From Acidimicrobiales bacterium (GTDB lineage Bacteria; Actinomycetota; Acidimicrobiia; Acidimicrobiales; CAIXPF01), in contig JBBSLP010000021.1 of assembly GCA_038255145.1 (NCBI GenBank), positions 10,491 to 74,490 of the forward strand: DNA of 64,000 bases. The letters run 5' to 3'. The notes beneath the pieces were generated by a model. The model saw only the letters and a program-made list of their open reading frames with translations, was not told the DNA's origin and did not search any database. Below are positions 24,865 to 33,867 of the stretch, one piece after another (position 1 is the first letter of the stretch; every line of letters starts with the position of its first letter). The position numbers were made by a program, and so were the translations under genes.

Positions 24865-26235
24865 TCAGCTCGTCGGTGCTGGTTGTGGCGTCGGCTGGGG
24901 GGTGGGCATGGGCACCGGCGTGGCCCGCAGGTTCCAGTGCCCCTTGGCCGGGGGCCGGATGTAGAGCACGGCCACAGCGGCGACCACGCAGGCCCCGCCG
25001 GCCACCAGGAAGGCGGGTTGGTAGGTGCCGAAGACGTCGCGCACCTTGCCGGCCCCGAAGGCCGCGGCTGCGGCGCCCAACTGGTGGGCGGCGAACACCC
25101 AGCCGAAGATGATGGGGGCCCGCTCCCGGCCGAACACCTGGGTGCACAGGGCTACGGTCGGCGGGACGGTCGCCACCCAGTCGAGGCCGTAGAAGACCAT
25201 GAACCCGCCCAGGCCGAAGCCCTGGGCCTCGAGGGCGGGGTGCAGCACCAGCAGGGACAACCCCCGCAGCCCGTAGTAGATGACCAGCAGCTTGCGTGGG
25301 TCGTAGCGGTCGCTGAGCCAGCCCGAGCCCAGGGTGCCGATCACGTCGAAGATCCCCACCATGGCCAGGAGCGTGGCCGCGCTGGTGGCCTGGATGCCGT
25401 GGTCCTCGGCCGCAGGGATGAAGTGGGTCTGGATGAGGCCGTTCGTCGAGAACCCGCACACCCAGAAGCTGCCCACCAGCAACCAGAACGCCCCGGAGTG
25501 CCAGGCGTCGCGCAGCCCGGTGAAGGCGGCCCGCACGGGCTTGGCCACGGGCAGGGGCGGGGTGTAGTCGTCACCGGCGCCGTAGGGGAGCAGGCCCCGG
25601 TCCTCGGGCCGGTTGCGCAGCCCGAGGATGACCACGGGGGTGACGGCCAGGGCCGACACGGCGATGGTCACCGACACCCAGCGCCAGCCCACGTTCTCGG
25701 CCAGCCACGACAAGAGCGGCAGGAAGACGAGCTGGCCACTGGCCGACGCCGCTGTCAGGGCGCCCACCACCAGGCCCCGACGGGCCACGAACCAGCGGTT
25801 GGCCACCGTGGCCGCGAACACCGCGGCCATGCACCCCGACCCGATGCCCACGACCACGCCCCACAGCAGCACGAGCTGCCAGGCGTGCTGCATCTGGGTG
25901 GTGGCCAGGGCCCCGGCCGAGATGGTGCACAGGGCGGCGACGACGACCTTGCGCAGGCCGTAGCGGCCCATGAGGGCGGCGGCGAAGGGCCCGATGAGGC
26001 CGAAGAGGATGAGGTTGACCGACGCCGCCCCGCCGATGGTGGCCTTGGTCCACCCGAACTCCTGCTGGAGGGGGTCGATGAGCACCCCGGGGGTGCTGCG
26101 GAAGCCGGCCGCGGCCAGCAAGGTGGCGAAGGTGACGCCGAAGACCACCCAGGCGTAGTGCACACCCCGCCGGCGCTGCTGCTCCGTCTCCGTCCGTTCC
26201 GTCCCCAACCCCTGTAGGTTGCATGACGAAACCAT
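24865..26235 (-). CDS. MFS transporter
   Basis: A 456-aa polytopic protein; FAAALMGRYGLRKVVV is the MFS loop motif. Confidence 0.85.
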   Translation of the reverse strand: MVSSCNLQGLGTERTETEQQRRRGVHYAWVVFGVTFATLLAAAGFRSTPGVLIDPLQQEFGWTKATIGGAASVNLILFGLIGPFAAALMGRYGLRKVVVAALCTISAGALATTQMQHAWQLVLLWGVVVGIGSGCMAAVFAATVANRWFVARRGLVVGALTAASASGQLVFLPLLSWLAENVGWRWVSVTIAVSALAVTPVVILGLRNRPEDRGLLPYGAGDDYTPPLPVAKPVRAAFTGLRDAWHSGAFWLLVGSFWVCGFSTNGLIQTHFIPAAEDHGIQATSAATLLAMVGIFDVIGTLGSGWLSDRYDPRKLLVIYYGLRGLSLLVLHPALEAQGFGLGGFMVFYGLDWVATVPPTVALCTQVFGRERAPIIFGWVFAAHQLGAAAAAFGAGKVRDVFGTYQPAFLVAGGACVVAAVAVLYIRPPAKGHWNLRATPVPMPTPQPTPQPAPTS

Positions 26236-26274
26236 AGAGGGCCGCCCGCTGACCCGTCGAGTGGGACGGGGGGC

Positions 26275-27714
26275 TCAGCGGCTGGCCGCTCCCCGGGCCG
26301 CCAGCGCAGCCAGGTCGGGATGGCGGTCGCCGGCCTTGAACACGGCCTCGAGGGCGTGGGCCAGCTGCAGCACCCCCAGGTCGTCACCCGGTCGGCCCAC
26401 GATCTGCAGGCCCACGGGCAGCCCGCCCGCGGTGAAGGCGGCGGGCACCGACGCGGCCGGCACCCGCAACACGCTGACCAGGTACGCCGAACGCATCCAC
26501 CCCAGGTAGTCGGCCATGGGCTCGCCCTCGATGGCTCGCACCCAGCGCTCGTCCACGCTGAAGGGCACCACCTGGCTGACGGGCAGGACCAGGAACTCGT
26601 GGCGGGAGAAGAACGCGGCCGCCGACGCTACCAGCTCGGTGCGGCGCTGCTGGGCCGCGGCCACCTGGGCGGCGGTGACGGTGCGACCGTAGGCCACGTT
26701 CTCGCGCACCATGGGACCGATGGCGTCCCCGGCCGCCTCGACCTCGTCGCCGACCGTGGTGGCCATGTACCAGCCCCGCAGGGTGCGGAAGACGTCGTCG
26801 GCCCCGGCCACCTCGGGCTCCTCGTCGGCCAGGGTCACGCCCAGCGAGGCCACCCCGGGGCGGCAGGCGGCGAAGGCGTCGAGCACCTCGTGCTCGTAGG
26901 GCAGGCCCAGCGGTCCTCCCCAGGCCACCCGCACCCCCCGCAGGTCACGGTGCAGGGACGTGAGGAAGGTGGTGCCCGGCTCGGGTCGTGACAACGGGTC
27001 GGCCATGTCGGGCCCGGCGATGGCCCCCAGCAGCAGGGCGGCATCGGCCGCGCTGCGGCCCATGGGCCCCAACACCGACAGGTCGTACCAGGCATCCTTG
27101 CTGGGCAGGTTGGGCACCCGGCCCGGGGTGGGGCGCAGGCCGAAGACGTTGCAGAAGCTGGCCGGGTTGCGAAGAGAGCCGCCCATGTCGCTGCCGTCGG
27201 CCACGGCCACCATGCCCGTCACCAGGGCCGCCGCCGCCCCACCGCTGCTGCCGCCGGGGGTGCGCGCCGGGTCGTAGGGGTTGCGGGTGGCCCCGAAGAC
27301 CGGGTTGTGGGTCTGGGAACCCGCCCCCAGCTCGGGCACGTTGGTCTTGCCCACCCGCACCCCACCGGCGGCGTCGACCCGGGCGGCCAGGAGGGCGTCC
27401 TCGGCGGGGACGAAGTCGGCGAACATGGTCGAGCCGAACGTGGTGCGCAGCCCGGCGGTGGGCAGCAGGTCCTTGTGGGCGATGGGCAGGCCGTGCAGGG
27501 GGCCGACGGGCCCGTCACGGACGATGGCCTCGTCGAGGGCCGCGGCCCGGGCCGTGGCCCGCTCGTCGTCGCGGGTGACGATGGCGTTGAGGGCCGGGTT
27601 CACCTCGTCGATGCGCCGCAGTGAGGCTTCCAGCAGCTCACGGGCCGACAGCTCCCGAGCGCGCAGACGGCGGGCCAGCTCGACGGCGGGCAGCAGGCAC
27701 AGATCCTCGGTCAC
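26275..27714 (-). CDS. Amidase (amidase-signature family), intact
   Basis: GLPIAHKDL, GGSSGGAAAALV and GSDMGGSLRNPA. The start is GTG 27714 (VTEDLCLLPA) or the upstream start at 27780. Confidence 0.9.
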   Translation of the reverse strand: MTEDLCLLPAVELARRLRARELSARELLEASLRRIDEVNPALNAIVTRDDERATARAAALDEAIVRDGPVGPLHGLPIAHKDLLPTAGLRTTFGSTMFADFVPAEDALLAARVDAAGGVRVGKTNVPELGAGSQTHNPVFGATRNPYDPARTPGGSSGGAAAALVTGMVAVADGSDMGGSLRNPASFCNVFGLRPTPGRVPNLPSKDAWYDLSVLGPMGRSAADAALLLGAIAGPDMADPLSRPEPGTTFLTSLHRDLRGVRVAWGGPLGLPYEHEVLDAFAACRPGVASLGVTLADEEPEVAGADDVFRTLRGWYMATTVGDEVEAAGDAIGPMVRENVAYGRTVTAAQVAAAQQRRTELVASAAAFFSRHEFLVLPVSQVVPFSVDERWVRAIEGEPMADYLGWMRSAYLVSVLRVPAASVPAAFTAGGLPVGLQIVGRPGDDLGVLQLAHALEAVFKAGDRHPDLAALAARGAASR

Positions 27715-27822
27715 CGCCGGAGCGTAGGTCCCGGCTCTACGGGCGTGCGCCGGTGGCCGGGCGCGGGGCGGGCCCGGCACCGGGTGCCGGGCCCGCCTCG
27801 ACCTTGATCGCTGATCTTCGTC

Positions 27823-27842
27823 GACGGGGCAGCTACCCCGTC
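27823..27842 (-). terminator. Stem-loop just downstream of the SBP-1 gene
   Basis: GACGGGG-cagcta-CCCCGTC, 10 nt after the stop at 27852. There is no U-tract. Confidence 0.35.
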
Positions 27843-27851
27843 ACTCTGATG

Positions 27852-29426
27852 TCAGGTGCACACGCTCGTCGCCGGGTCCCAGGCGCAGTTCTTGGACTTG
27901 CCGTCGAGGTCGATGAGGTTGCTCTTCGGCACCCACGTCTGCCCGGCCGCGTCCCACTGCTGGTACTGACCGGCCTCGATGAAGTACGAGTCGGCGTTGC
28001 CGTTCATGTGGAACCGCACCCCCTCGATGAACATGGGGTGGGTCATGTCGATGGCCCGCTGGGCCAGGATGAGGTTGGTCCGGTTGAGGCCGCCGGGGAG
28101 CTCGTCGGCGATCATCACCGCCTGGGAGAACAGCCAGCCCAGGGCGACGCCGCCCGAGAGCAGGCTGGACGAGTTGGGGTCGACGCCACCGTCCTGGATC
28201 TGCTTGCGGGCCCAGACGATGTAGGGGTCGCTGGCGAAGCGGGCGTCGGTGAGGTCCTTGGTGCCGCTGTTGACGATCCACCAGCCGTCAGCGGCCGATC
28301 CGTCACCACCGACCTTCTCCTTCTTCACGAAGGTCGTTCCCGCGCAGGTGATGGGCTGGAAGAGGTACTTGACCTCTTCGCGCATGCCGTTCTGGGCCGC
28401 TTCGGTGACGGCCTGGGTGCAGGGGACGGCGGCGACCATGGCGATGAAGACGTCGGGCTTGCCCGCGGCCAGGGTGGTCATGGGGTCGGTCACCGTGGGG
28501 GTGGCCGCCTCGATCTTCTCCGTCACGTACTCGATGCGGTCCTTGAGCACGTCCGACTGGCTCAGGTAGGCCCGGAAGCTGGCGTCGTAGAGCTTGCCGA
28601 AGTCGTTGTTCATGACCAGGGAGGCCACCTTGACCTTGCGGTCGGTGGGGAACTCGCTCAGGTGATCCTCGAGGAACGCACCCCACAGCAGGGCCTCGGA
28701 CGAGTACGACAGGTTGGCCGCCCCCGTCGTCCACGGGTGCTTCACCGGGTCACCCCAGGCCGCATGGGCCGTGATGACCTGGGGCTGGGGCACGCAGCGC
28801 TCGTTCAGCTTGTCGTAGGTCTTCAGCGAGCTGGGCGAGCCCAGGGTCTGGATGGCGAAGGCCTTGTCGGAGTCGAGGAACTCGTCCACCAGGGGGATCG
28901 TGCGGGCCGGGTCGTAGCCGTCGTCCTTGGTGATGAAGTCGATGGTCCGGCTCTTGCCGTTGACGTCCTTGAACACGCCCTTGGCGCCGTAGTAGTCGAA
29001 CACGACCTTCATGGCCTTGGCGTAGTTGTTGTACTCGGCGAAGGTCCCCGACTGGGCGATGGTGAGCCCGAGCTTGATGGATGTGTCCGTCAGGCCCTCG
29101 GTGTTCGACCAACCGGCCGGGCACTTGGCCAGGTCGATGGTGAAGCCCTCGGGTCCGCTCAACGTCTTGCCGTCGGCGGAGACCCCCCAGCCCTCGTCCT
29201 TGATCCGCTTGACGACGGCCTCGCGCTGCGTCTTCCACAGCGCCTCCCACGCGTCGATGGACGTGGGCTGGGGGCCCGCAGCCGTCGTGCTGGTGGTGGC
29301 TTCCGCCTTGGTCGTCGACGTGCTCGCTGCGGCGGCCGCCGTCGTCGTCGGCCCCGCGGCGTCGTCGTCCGAACTCCCGCACGCCGCGGCGACGAGCGTC
29401 AGTGCGACCAACCCCGCGCGCAGCAT
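27852..29426 (-). CDS. Lipoprotein, type I periplasmic-binding-fold ABC substrate-binding protein (Leu/Ile/Val-binding-like), paralog SBP-1
   Basis: MLRAGLVALTLVAAAC lipobox; Ala/Thr linker; conserved insert SIDAWEALWKTQREAVVKRIKDEGWG...CPAGWSNTEG; PBP core IKLGLTIAQSGTFAEY...ITKDDGYDPARTIPLVDEFL...; C-terminal Cys pair KSKNCAWDPATSVC. Confidence 0.85.
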   Translation of the reverse strand: MLRAGLVALTLVAAACGSSDDDAAGPTTTAAAAASTSTTKAEATTSTTAAGPQPTSIDAWEALWKTQREAVVKRIKDEGWGVSADGKTLSGPEGFTIDLAKCPAGWSNTEGLTDTSIKLGLTIAQSGTFAEYNNYAKAMKVVFDYYGAKGVFKDVNGKSRTIDFITKDDGYDPARTIPLVDEFLDSDKAFAIQTLGSPSSLKTYDKLNERCVPQPQVITAHAAWGDPVKHPWTTGAANLSYSSEALLWGAFLEDHLSEFPTDRKVKVASLVMNNDFGKLYDASFRAYLSQSDVLKDRIEYVTEKIEAATPTVTDPMTTLAAGKPDVFIAMVAAVPCTQAVTEAAQNGMREEVKYLFQPITCAGTTFVKKEKVGGDGSAADGWWIVNSGTKDLTDARFASDPYIVWARKQIQDGGVDPNSSSLLSGGVALGWLFSQAVMIADELPGGLNRTNLILAQRAIDMTHPMFIEGVRFHMNGNADSYFIEAGQYQQWDAAGQTWVPKSNLIDLDGKSKNCAWDPATSVCT

Positions 29427-29517
29427 CCGCACCTTTGATCTGTACACCCTGCCCCCTCCGTGGTCCCGCTCGTCGGCCCGTCGTGTTCGAGGGCCGTGCC
29501 GCAACGTAGCTCCATTC

Positions 29518-29531
29518 GTGACTATCGTCAC
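29518..29531. promoter_or_regulatory. Palindrome GTGAC-TATC-GTCAC in the SBP-1/acyl-CoA dehydrogenase divergent region
   Basis: A perfect 5-bp inverted repeat around an AT-rich core. It is followed by GCACCCCTCCATTTCTG, which also occurs (GCACCCTCCATTGCTG) upstream of SBP-4. Confidence 0.35.
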
Positions 29532-29620
29532 AGCACCCCTCCATTTCTGCGTCACGAACGGGCGTTGCGGGACCGGGCACGCCGCCGACCTGGGACGCAG
29601 CCGTTCCCTAGGGTGTGCGG

Positions 29621-30739
29621 ATGCCTGAGTTCCTCCCGCCCGAGCTGGTCGAGTTGCGTGACCGCACGGCCCAGCTGGCCGCCGCCGTGCTCGTGCCCCT
29701 GCGCGATGACATCACCGTCACACCCGAGGAGCGGGTGGCCCGCACCCGGGACGCGTCCAAGGCGGCCGGGCTCTTCACGCTGACCCAACCGGCCGAGCTG
29801 GGGGGGACGGCGGCCTCGGCTCTGGCCCTGGTGGTGGTGCGTGACACGCTGGGCCAGTTCGACGTCGGCCACCTCGACGGCCTGTTCGGCCGGGGTCCCG
29901 GCGTGCTCGGCGGGGCGGCCGAGCCGTTGCGGTCGCGCTACCTGGTGCCGTTGTTGGCGGGCGAGGCCCGGGGCGGCTTCGCCTTCACCGAGCCGCTCGA
30001 TGCCCCCCGACCCACGTGGGCCCGGGTCGACGGCGACGAACTGGTCATCAACGGCCGCAAGTCCTACGTGACCGGGGGAGCCGACGCCGACTTCCTCACC
30101 GCCCTGGTCGACGTCGAGGGCCGGGGCCCGGCCATGGTCGTCGTCGACACCGCGGCGCCCGGGGTGGCGCTGACCCGTCGTTTCGGCTCCCTCGACGGCA
30201 GCCACCACGCCGCCTTCGCCTTCGAGGACGTGCGCATGCCCGTGGCCAACATCGTGGGCCAGCCCGGCCAGGGCATGGCCCGGGCCATGGGCCAGATCGG
30301 CGATGTGCGCCTGGCCATCGCCGCAGGTTGCGTGGGCACGATGGGCTGGGTCATCGACTTCGTCACCGCCCACCTGCTGGCGCCCCGGCGCAACGGTGAG
30401 CCCCTCGCCACCCACGAGCGGGCCCGGCTACGCTACGGCGACCTGCGCATCAAGGCCTACGGGGCCCGCAGCGCGCTGTACCGCACGGCCCGGCTGGCCG
30501 ACCGGGGCGACAACGTGGTCAACGAGGCCACGGCAGCCAAGGTCCTGGCCACCGAGCTGGTGGGCGAGATCGTCGACTCGGCCATCCAGCTCGTCGGTGG
30601 TGAGGCCCTGACCGACGGCCACCCCCTCGAGGCCATCTACCGCCGGGTGCGGGTCCTGCGCCTGGCCGAGGGCGAGACCGACACCCTCCGCGTCAACGTG
30701 GCCCGCGGCCGCCTCGACCTCGGCAAAGGCCGCATCTGA
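29621..30739 (+). CDS. Acyl-CoA dehydrogenase family protein
   Basis: …GGFAFTEP…INGRKSYVTGG…VGGEALT… matches the acyl-CoA dehydrogenase domain pattern. The start is ATG 29621 or GTG 29615. Confidence 0.85.
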   Translation: MPEFLPPELVELRDRTAQLAAAVLVPLRDDITVTPEERVARTRDASKAAGLFTLTQPAELGGTAASALALVVVRDTLGQFDVGHLDGLFGRGPGVLGGAAEPLRSRYLVPLLAGEARGGFAFTEPLDAPRPTWARVDGDELVINGRKSYVTGGADADFLTALVDVEGRGPAMVVVDTAAPGVALTRRFGSLDGSHHAAFAFEDVRMPVANIVGQPGQGMARAMGQIGDVRLAIAAGCVGTMGWVIDFVTAHLLAPRRNGEPLATHERARLRYGDLRIKAYGARSALYRTARLADRGDNVVNEATAAKVLATELVGEIVDSAIQLVGGEALTDGHPLEAIYRRVRVLRLAEGETDTLRVNVARGRLDLGKGRI

Positions 30740-30801
30740 GCGGCCCGTGAGCGGGCGGTGTCAAACGTGCCGGGCGGGAAGCACGACCGCGTGACGGATG
30801 C

Positions 30802-31083
30802 CTATGCGGCCGGTGGACCGGGGGAGACGACGGCCACCAGATCCACGAGCTCCTCGGCGTATGTCTGCCGGTAGTACACCTGGACTCCGTCCGTCCCCGG
30901 GATCACCGCAGAGCGGATCTCGTAGACCGGCTGGTTCGACATCTCGGGCTCGGGTACGGAAGGCGACTGCCATGGGGTTTCGCCCAACGTCGCCACCCAC
31001 GCCCTAACGGCCCGGGAGACTGACAGCCGAGGGTCTTCCCGTCGTTCCCATTCCTCGAGTGGGCCGAGATCTCCGAGGCTCAC
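30802..31083 (-). CDS. Hypothetical 93-aa protein; candidate toxin of a two-gene TA-like cassette (RelE/ParE-like C-terminal pattern; unclassified)
   Basis: The ORF reads MSLGDLGPLEEWERREDPRLSVSRAVRAWVATLGETPWQSPSVPEPEMSNQPVYEIRSAVIPGTDGVQVYYRQTYAEELVDLVAVVSPGPPAA. Its GTG start overlaps the upstream small-ORF stop (GTGA). Locally the GC3 bias is lower. Confidence 0.4.
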   Translation of the reverse strand: MSLGDLGPLEEWERREDPRLSVSRAVRAWVATLGETPWQSPSVPEPEMSNQPVYEIRSAVIPGTDGVQVYYRQTYAEELVDLVAVVSPGPPAA

Positions 31084-31250
31084 GACGGTCTGGAGTGGTC
31101 TTCTCGGTTGTCCAGCCGTTCGAGTCGGGTCTTGAGCCAGGCCACGAACGCAGGGTCCGAAGCGCGACGCCTCGACGCCTCCCAGGAGGCCTGGTACTCC
31201 AACCGCCGACGGGCCACCTCGTCCGCGGAGAGCTGCACGTTGCCGGCCAT
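31080..31250 (-). CDS. Hypothetical 56-aa helical protein; candidate antitoxin partner
   Basis: Hand-translated, as it is below the ORF-track cut-off: MAGNVQLSADEVARRRLEYQASWEASRRRASDPAFVAWLKTRLERLDNREDHSRPS. It starts at ATG 31250 and has a 4-nt overlap with the downstream ORF. Confidence 0.35.
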   Translation of the reverse strand: MAGNVQLSADEVARRRLEYQASWEASRRRASDPAFVAWLKTRLERLDNREDHSRPS

Positions 31251-31311
31251 GAGCTGAACCTACATCCCAGCGTTGTGATTTGGTCGAGCAGACGCCGAGA
31301 TCTGTGCCTGG

Positions 31312-31941
31312 TCAGGTCTGGTGGGCGGGCTGGGAGGCGGCGGCGTTGAAGTAGTCGCCCCCCTTGCGGACGGCGTCGTCGGTACCCCAGGCGATGGCCT
31401 TGTCCCGGCGGGCCATGAGGGGGATGTGCTTGGAGCAGTGGATGTAGGCCTCTTCGACCTCGACGACCACGAAGCGTTCGGCCCGGGGGCCTGGTCCTGC
31501 GCCTCTGGCGTCGGTGAGGTCGACGTCGCCGGTGCCGGGGTCGGCCGTCGACCCGGGGAGCTCGATGACGTGGGCGCTGCCGTTGACGTGCAGGCCGATG
31601 GTGTCGCCGTGGAAGTCGATGAACAGCAGGCCGACGTGGCCGTTCTCCAGCAGGTTGCCCAGGCTGGCCATGACCCCGTTGCCGCGGTACTCGGGGTAGC
31701 GCAGGGTGCGCTCGTCCACGACCTGGACGAAGCCCGGAGGCCCGGCCCGGAACGAGCAGTCGGCCTCGCCGTTGGCGTCGGCCGTGGCCACGAAGACCAT
31801 CTCCATGCGGGCGATGAACGCCGCCATCTCGTCGTTGACGTGGTCGAGCACCTGGCGGTCGTAGAAGTGCTGGGCCCGACGGCTGGTGCCGTAGCGGTCC
31901 TGCAACTCGTGCTCACCGAACGATCCCGGCACCAGCTCCAC
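31312..31941 (-). CDS. Pyridoxamine 5'-phosphate oxidase-family (FMN-binding split-barrel) protein
   Basis: …EMVFVATADANGEADCSFRAGPPGFVQVVDERTLRYPEYRGNGVMASLGNLLENGHVGLLFIDF… The start is uncertain; GTG 31941 is the first plausible one. The upstream part of the 376-aa ORF is junk. Confidence 0.7.
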   Translation of the reverse strand: MELVPGSFGEHELQDRYGTSRRAQHFYDRQVLDHVNDEMAAFIARMEMVFVATADANGEADCSFRAGPPGFVQVVDERTLRYPEYRGNGVMASLGNLLENGHVGLLFIDFHGDTIGLHVNGSAHVIELPGSTADPGTGDVDLTDARGAGPGPRAERFVVVEVEEAYIHCSKHIPLMARRDKAIAWGTDDAVRKGGDYFNAAASQPAHQT

Positions 31942-32137
31942 CTCCGTCCCGGCGACGGGTCCGCCCCAACCGCCAGGTCTCCGCGCCGCCGCGGTTCGTG
32001 ATGGACCTGAACCTAGGCGGGCCCACCCACCGCGCTCCGTAGGCAGATCTCCACCTCGACGGTCCCGGGCGGGCCGCAGCAGGCCGGCGGCGGTGGGGGC
32101 TACGGTCGCCGTGTTCTGACACCGTGAGGGGGGCGAC

Positions 32138-32977
32138 GTGGAGCTCGAGCTGCTGGCGTGGGGGTACGGCCTGGTCGAAGGGCCGAGGACGGACGAAGCG
32201 GGGAACCTGTACTTCTCCGACATCACCGGGGGTGGCGTGTTCCGCCGCTCGCCGGACGGCGAGATCGAGACCCTGATCCCGGGGCGGCCCTCGGTGGGCG
32301 GGCTGGCCCTGCACGCCGACGGGGGCCTGATCGTGTCCGGCCCCGAGGTGGCCCACTGGAAGGACGGTGAGTTGCGGGTGCTGCTCAGCGCCGAGGGGGT
32401 GTCGGCCTGGAACGACCTGCAGCCCGACGCGGCGGGCAACATCTACGCCGGCTGCATCCGCAGCGACATGAGCGACCTCAAGGGCCCCAAGGTCCCCGGC
32501 GAGCTGTGGCGCATCGGGGTCGACGGCAGCACCCGTGAGGTGTACGGCGGGGTGGAGATCTCCAACGGCATCGGCTTCTCGCCCGACGGTGGCACCATCT
32601 ACCACTCCGACAGCACGTCCAAGGGCATCTGGGCCCACGACATCGACGCCGACGGCAACGTCTCGAACCGCCGCCACCTGGGTCGCGAGGTGTTCGAGCG
32701 GGGCATCCCCGACGGCATGTGCGTCGACGTCGACGGCAACCTGTGGGTGGCCCACGTCGGCGGTCGCCGGGTGGCCAAGCTCGACCCGCAGGGCAACCTC
32801 ATCGACGAGGTCCCCGTGCCGGCGAAGTGGGTGACCAGCGTGGCCTTCGGCGGCGCCGACTGGGACGAGCTCTACATCGTCACCTCGGACAACATGGACG
32901 ACGTCGAGAAGAAGGGCTCCATCTTCCGGGCCCGCCCCGGTGTCAGGGGCGTCCCCACCCCTCTGGCCCGGGTCTGA
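32138..32977 (+). CDS. SMP-30/gluconolactonase/LRE-family beta-propeller protein
   Basis: …EGPRTDEAGNLYFSDI…NGIGFSPDGGTIYHSDS…PDGMCVDVDGNLWVA…TSVAFGGADWDELYIVT. Confidence 0.85.
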   Translation: MELELLAWGYGLVEGPRTDEAGNLYFSDITGGGVFRRSPDGEIETLIPGRPSVGGLALHADGGLIVSGPEVAHWKDGELRVLLSAEGVSAWNDLQPDAAGNIYAGCIRSDMSDLKGPKVPGELWRIGVDGSTREVYGGVEISNGIGFSPDGGTIYHSDSTSKGIWAHDIDADGNVSNRRHLGREVFERGIPDGMCVDVDGNLWVAHVGGRRVAKLDPQGNLIDEVPVPAKWVTSVAFGGADWDELYIVTSDNMDDVEKKGSIFRARPGVRGVPTPLARV

Positions 32978-33084
32978 ACGCCACGCACCGCCCGTCGGGT
33001 CCCCGGCTGGCGGTGCGGGCAGCTCGGTCAGCTCGCCATCCACGCTTCACGACGATCCGTCGCCGGTCAAGACGCCTCCAGTGT

Positions 33085-33669
33085 TCACGTGCTGGCACAC
33101 CTACCAGTCATGTCGAGCAACAGCCTCATGCCAGTAGCGCTCGGGGCCGCGTCTGGACACGGAACGATCCCGAAGCCCATCCCTGAGGGGCCGCTCCTGA
33201 CGGTCTCCAGCACGCGCTCGACGAGCAGTTCGTCGAGCGCCGCTTGCCGCCCCAGCGACTCGGCCAGATCCCAGGCGTGCAGAGCCACATCGAAGACCCT
33301 CATGTCGAGGAAGCGCTCACCCGTCACGTCGCCAACAGGGTGACTCACCACCCGCTCCAGTGCACCAGGAGCGTGGAAGGCCGCCCGCTGGCTGCCGGCG
33401 CTCTCGTCGAAGGCGGCAAGCGGGTCATCGCCGAGCTGCGGGACGCCCATCACTGCCTGAACTGCGTCCTCGGCGCTGATGCCGACCAGGATCAGGGAGG
33501 CAAACCGGTTGCCCCCCACGACGTGGGCGGCCAGGTAACGGACGTCCCACTCACTGCAGGGTGTCGGACCGTCCCAGTCATGAACGCCAACTGCAGCAAG
33601 GGTCTCCCTGAAGTGGCGCACGGCACAGTCGAGGGCGGCCAGCGCTGTGAAGGTCACCAAGCCAGTCAA
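33085..33669 (-). CDS. TIGR03086-type / mycothiol maleylpyruvate-isomerase N-terminal domain (DinB-fold) protein
   Basis: …WDGPTPCSEWDVRYLAAHVVGGN…DVALHAWDLAESLG… The start codon (TTG 33669 or the nearby GTG) is uncertain. Confidence 0.75.
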   Translation of the reverse strand: MTGLVTFTALAALDCAVRHFRETLAAVGVHDWDGPTPCSEWDVRYLAAHVVGGNRFASLILVGISAEDAVQAVMGVPQLGDDPLAAFDESAGSQRAAFHAPGALERVVSHPVGDVTGERFLDMRVFDVALHAWDLAESLGRQAALDELLVERVLETVRSGPSGMGFGIVPCPDAAPSATGMRLLLDMTGRCAST

Positions 33670-33867
33670 ATCGATTCGCCGACTGCACGTAACGAGGGTG
33701 CAGGCCTTCGGGCACCGGCGACGAGGATCGCCTGCGCCAGGTGGTCGACCTCGTCCTCGGGCTGGGACCTCACACCGCGCCTCTCGTCAGGCTGAGGACC
33801 ACCTGAGGACCTGGGCGCCCACCCCTCAAGGTGAACGCCCAGGTCACAGGCTGCCTACACCGTCACC

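Noticed and set aside
31942-32442. Upstream extension of the PNPOx-family ORF (376 aa in total).
   Set aside because: The extension is Pro/Ser/Arg-rich with no family similarity, and it overlaps the start of the divergent SMP-30 gene region.
33670-33867. A 198-bp gap between the TIGR03086 gene and the LLM gene, with slightly lower GC. It might hold a gene remnant or an sRNA.
   Set aside because: No frame gives a recognisable peptide, and I could find no convincing stem-loop or promoter.
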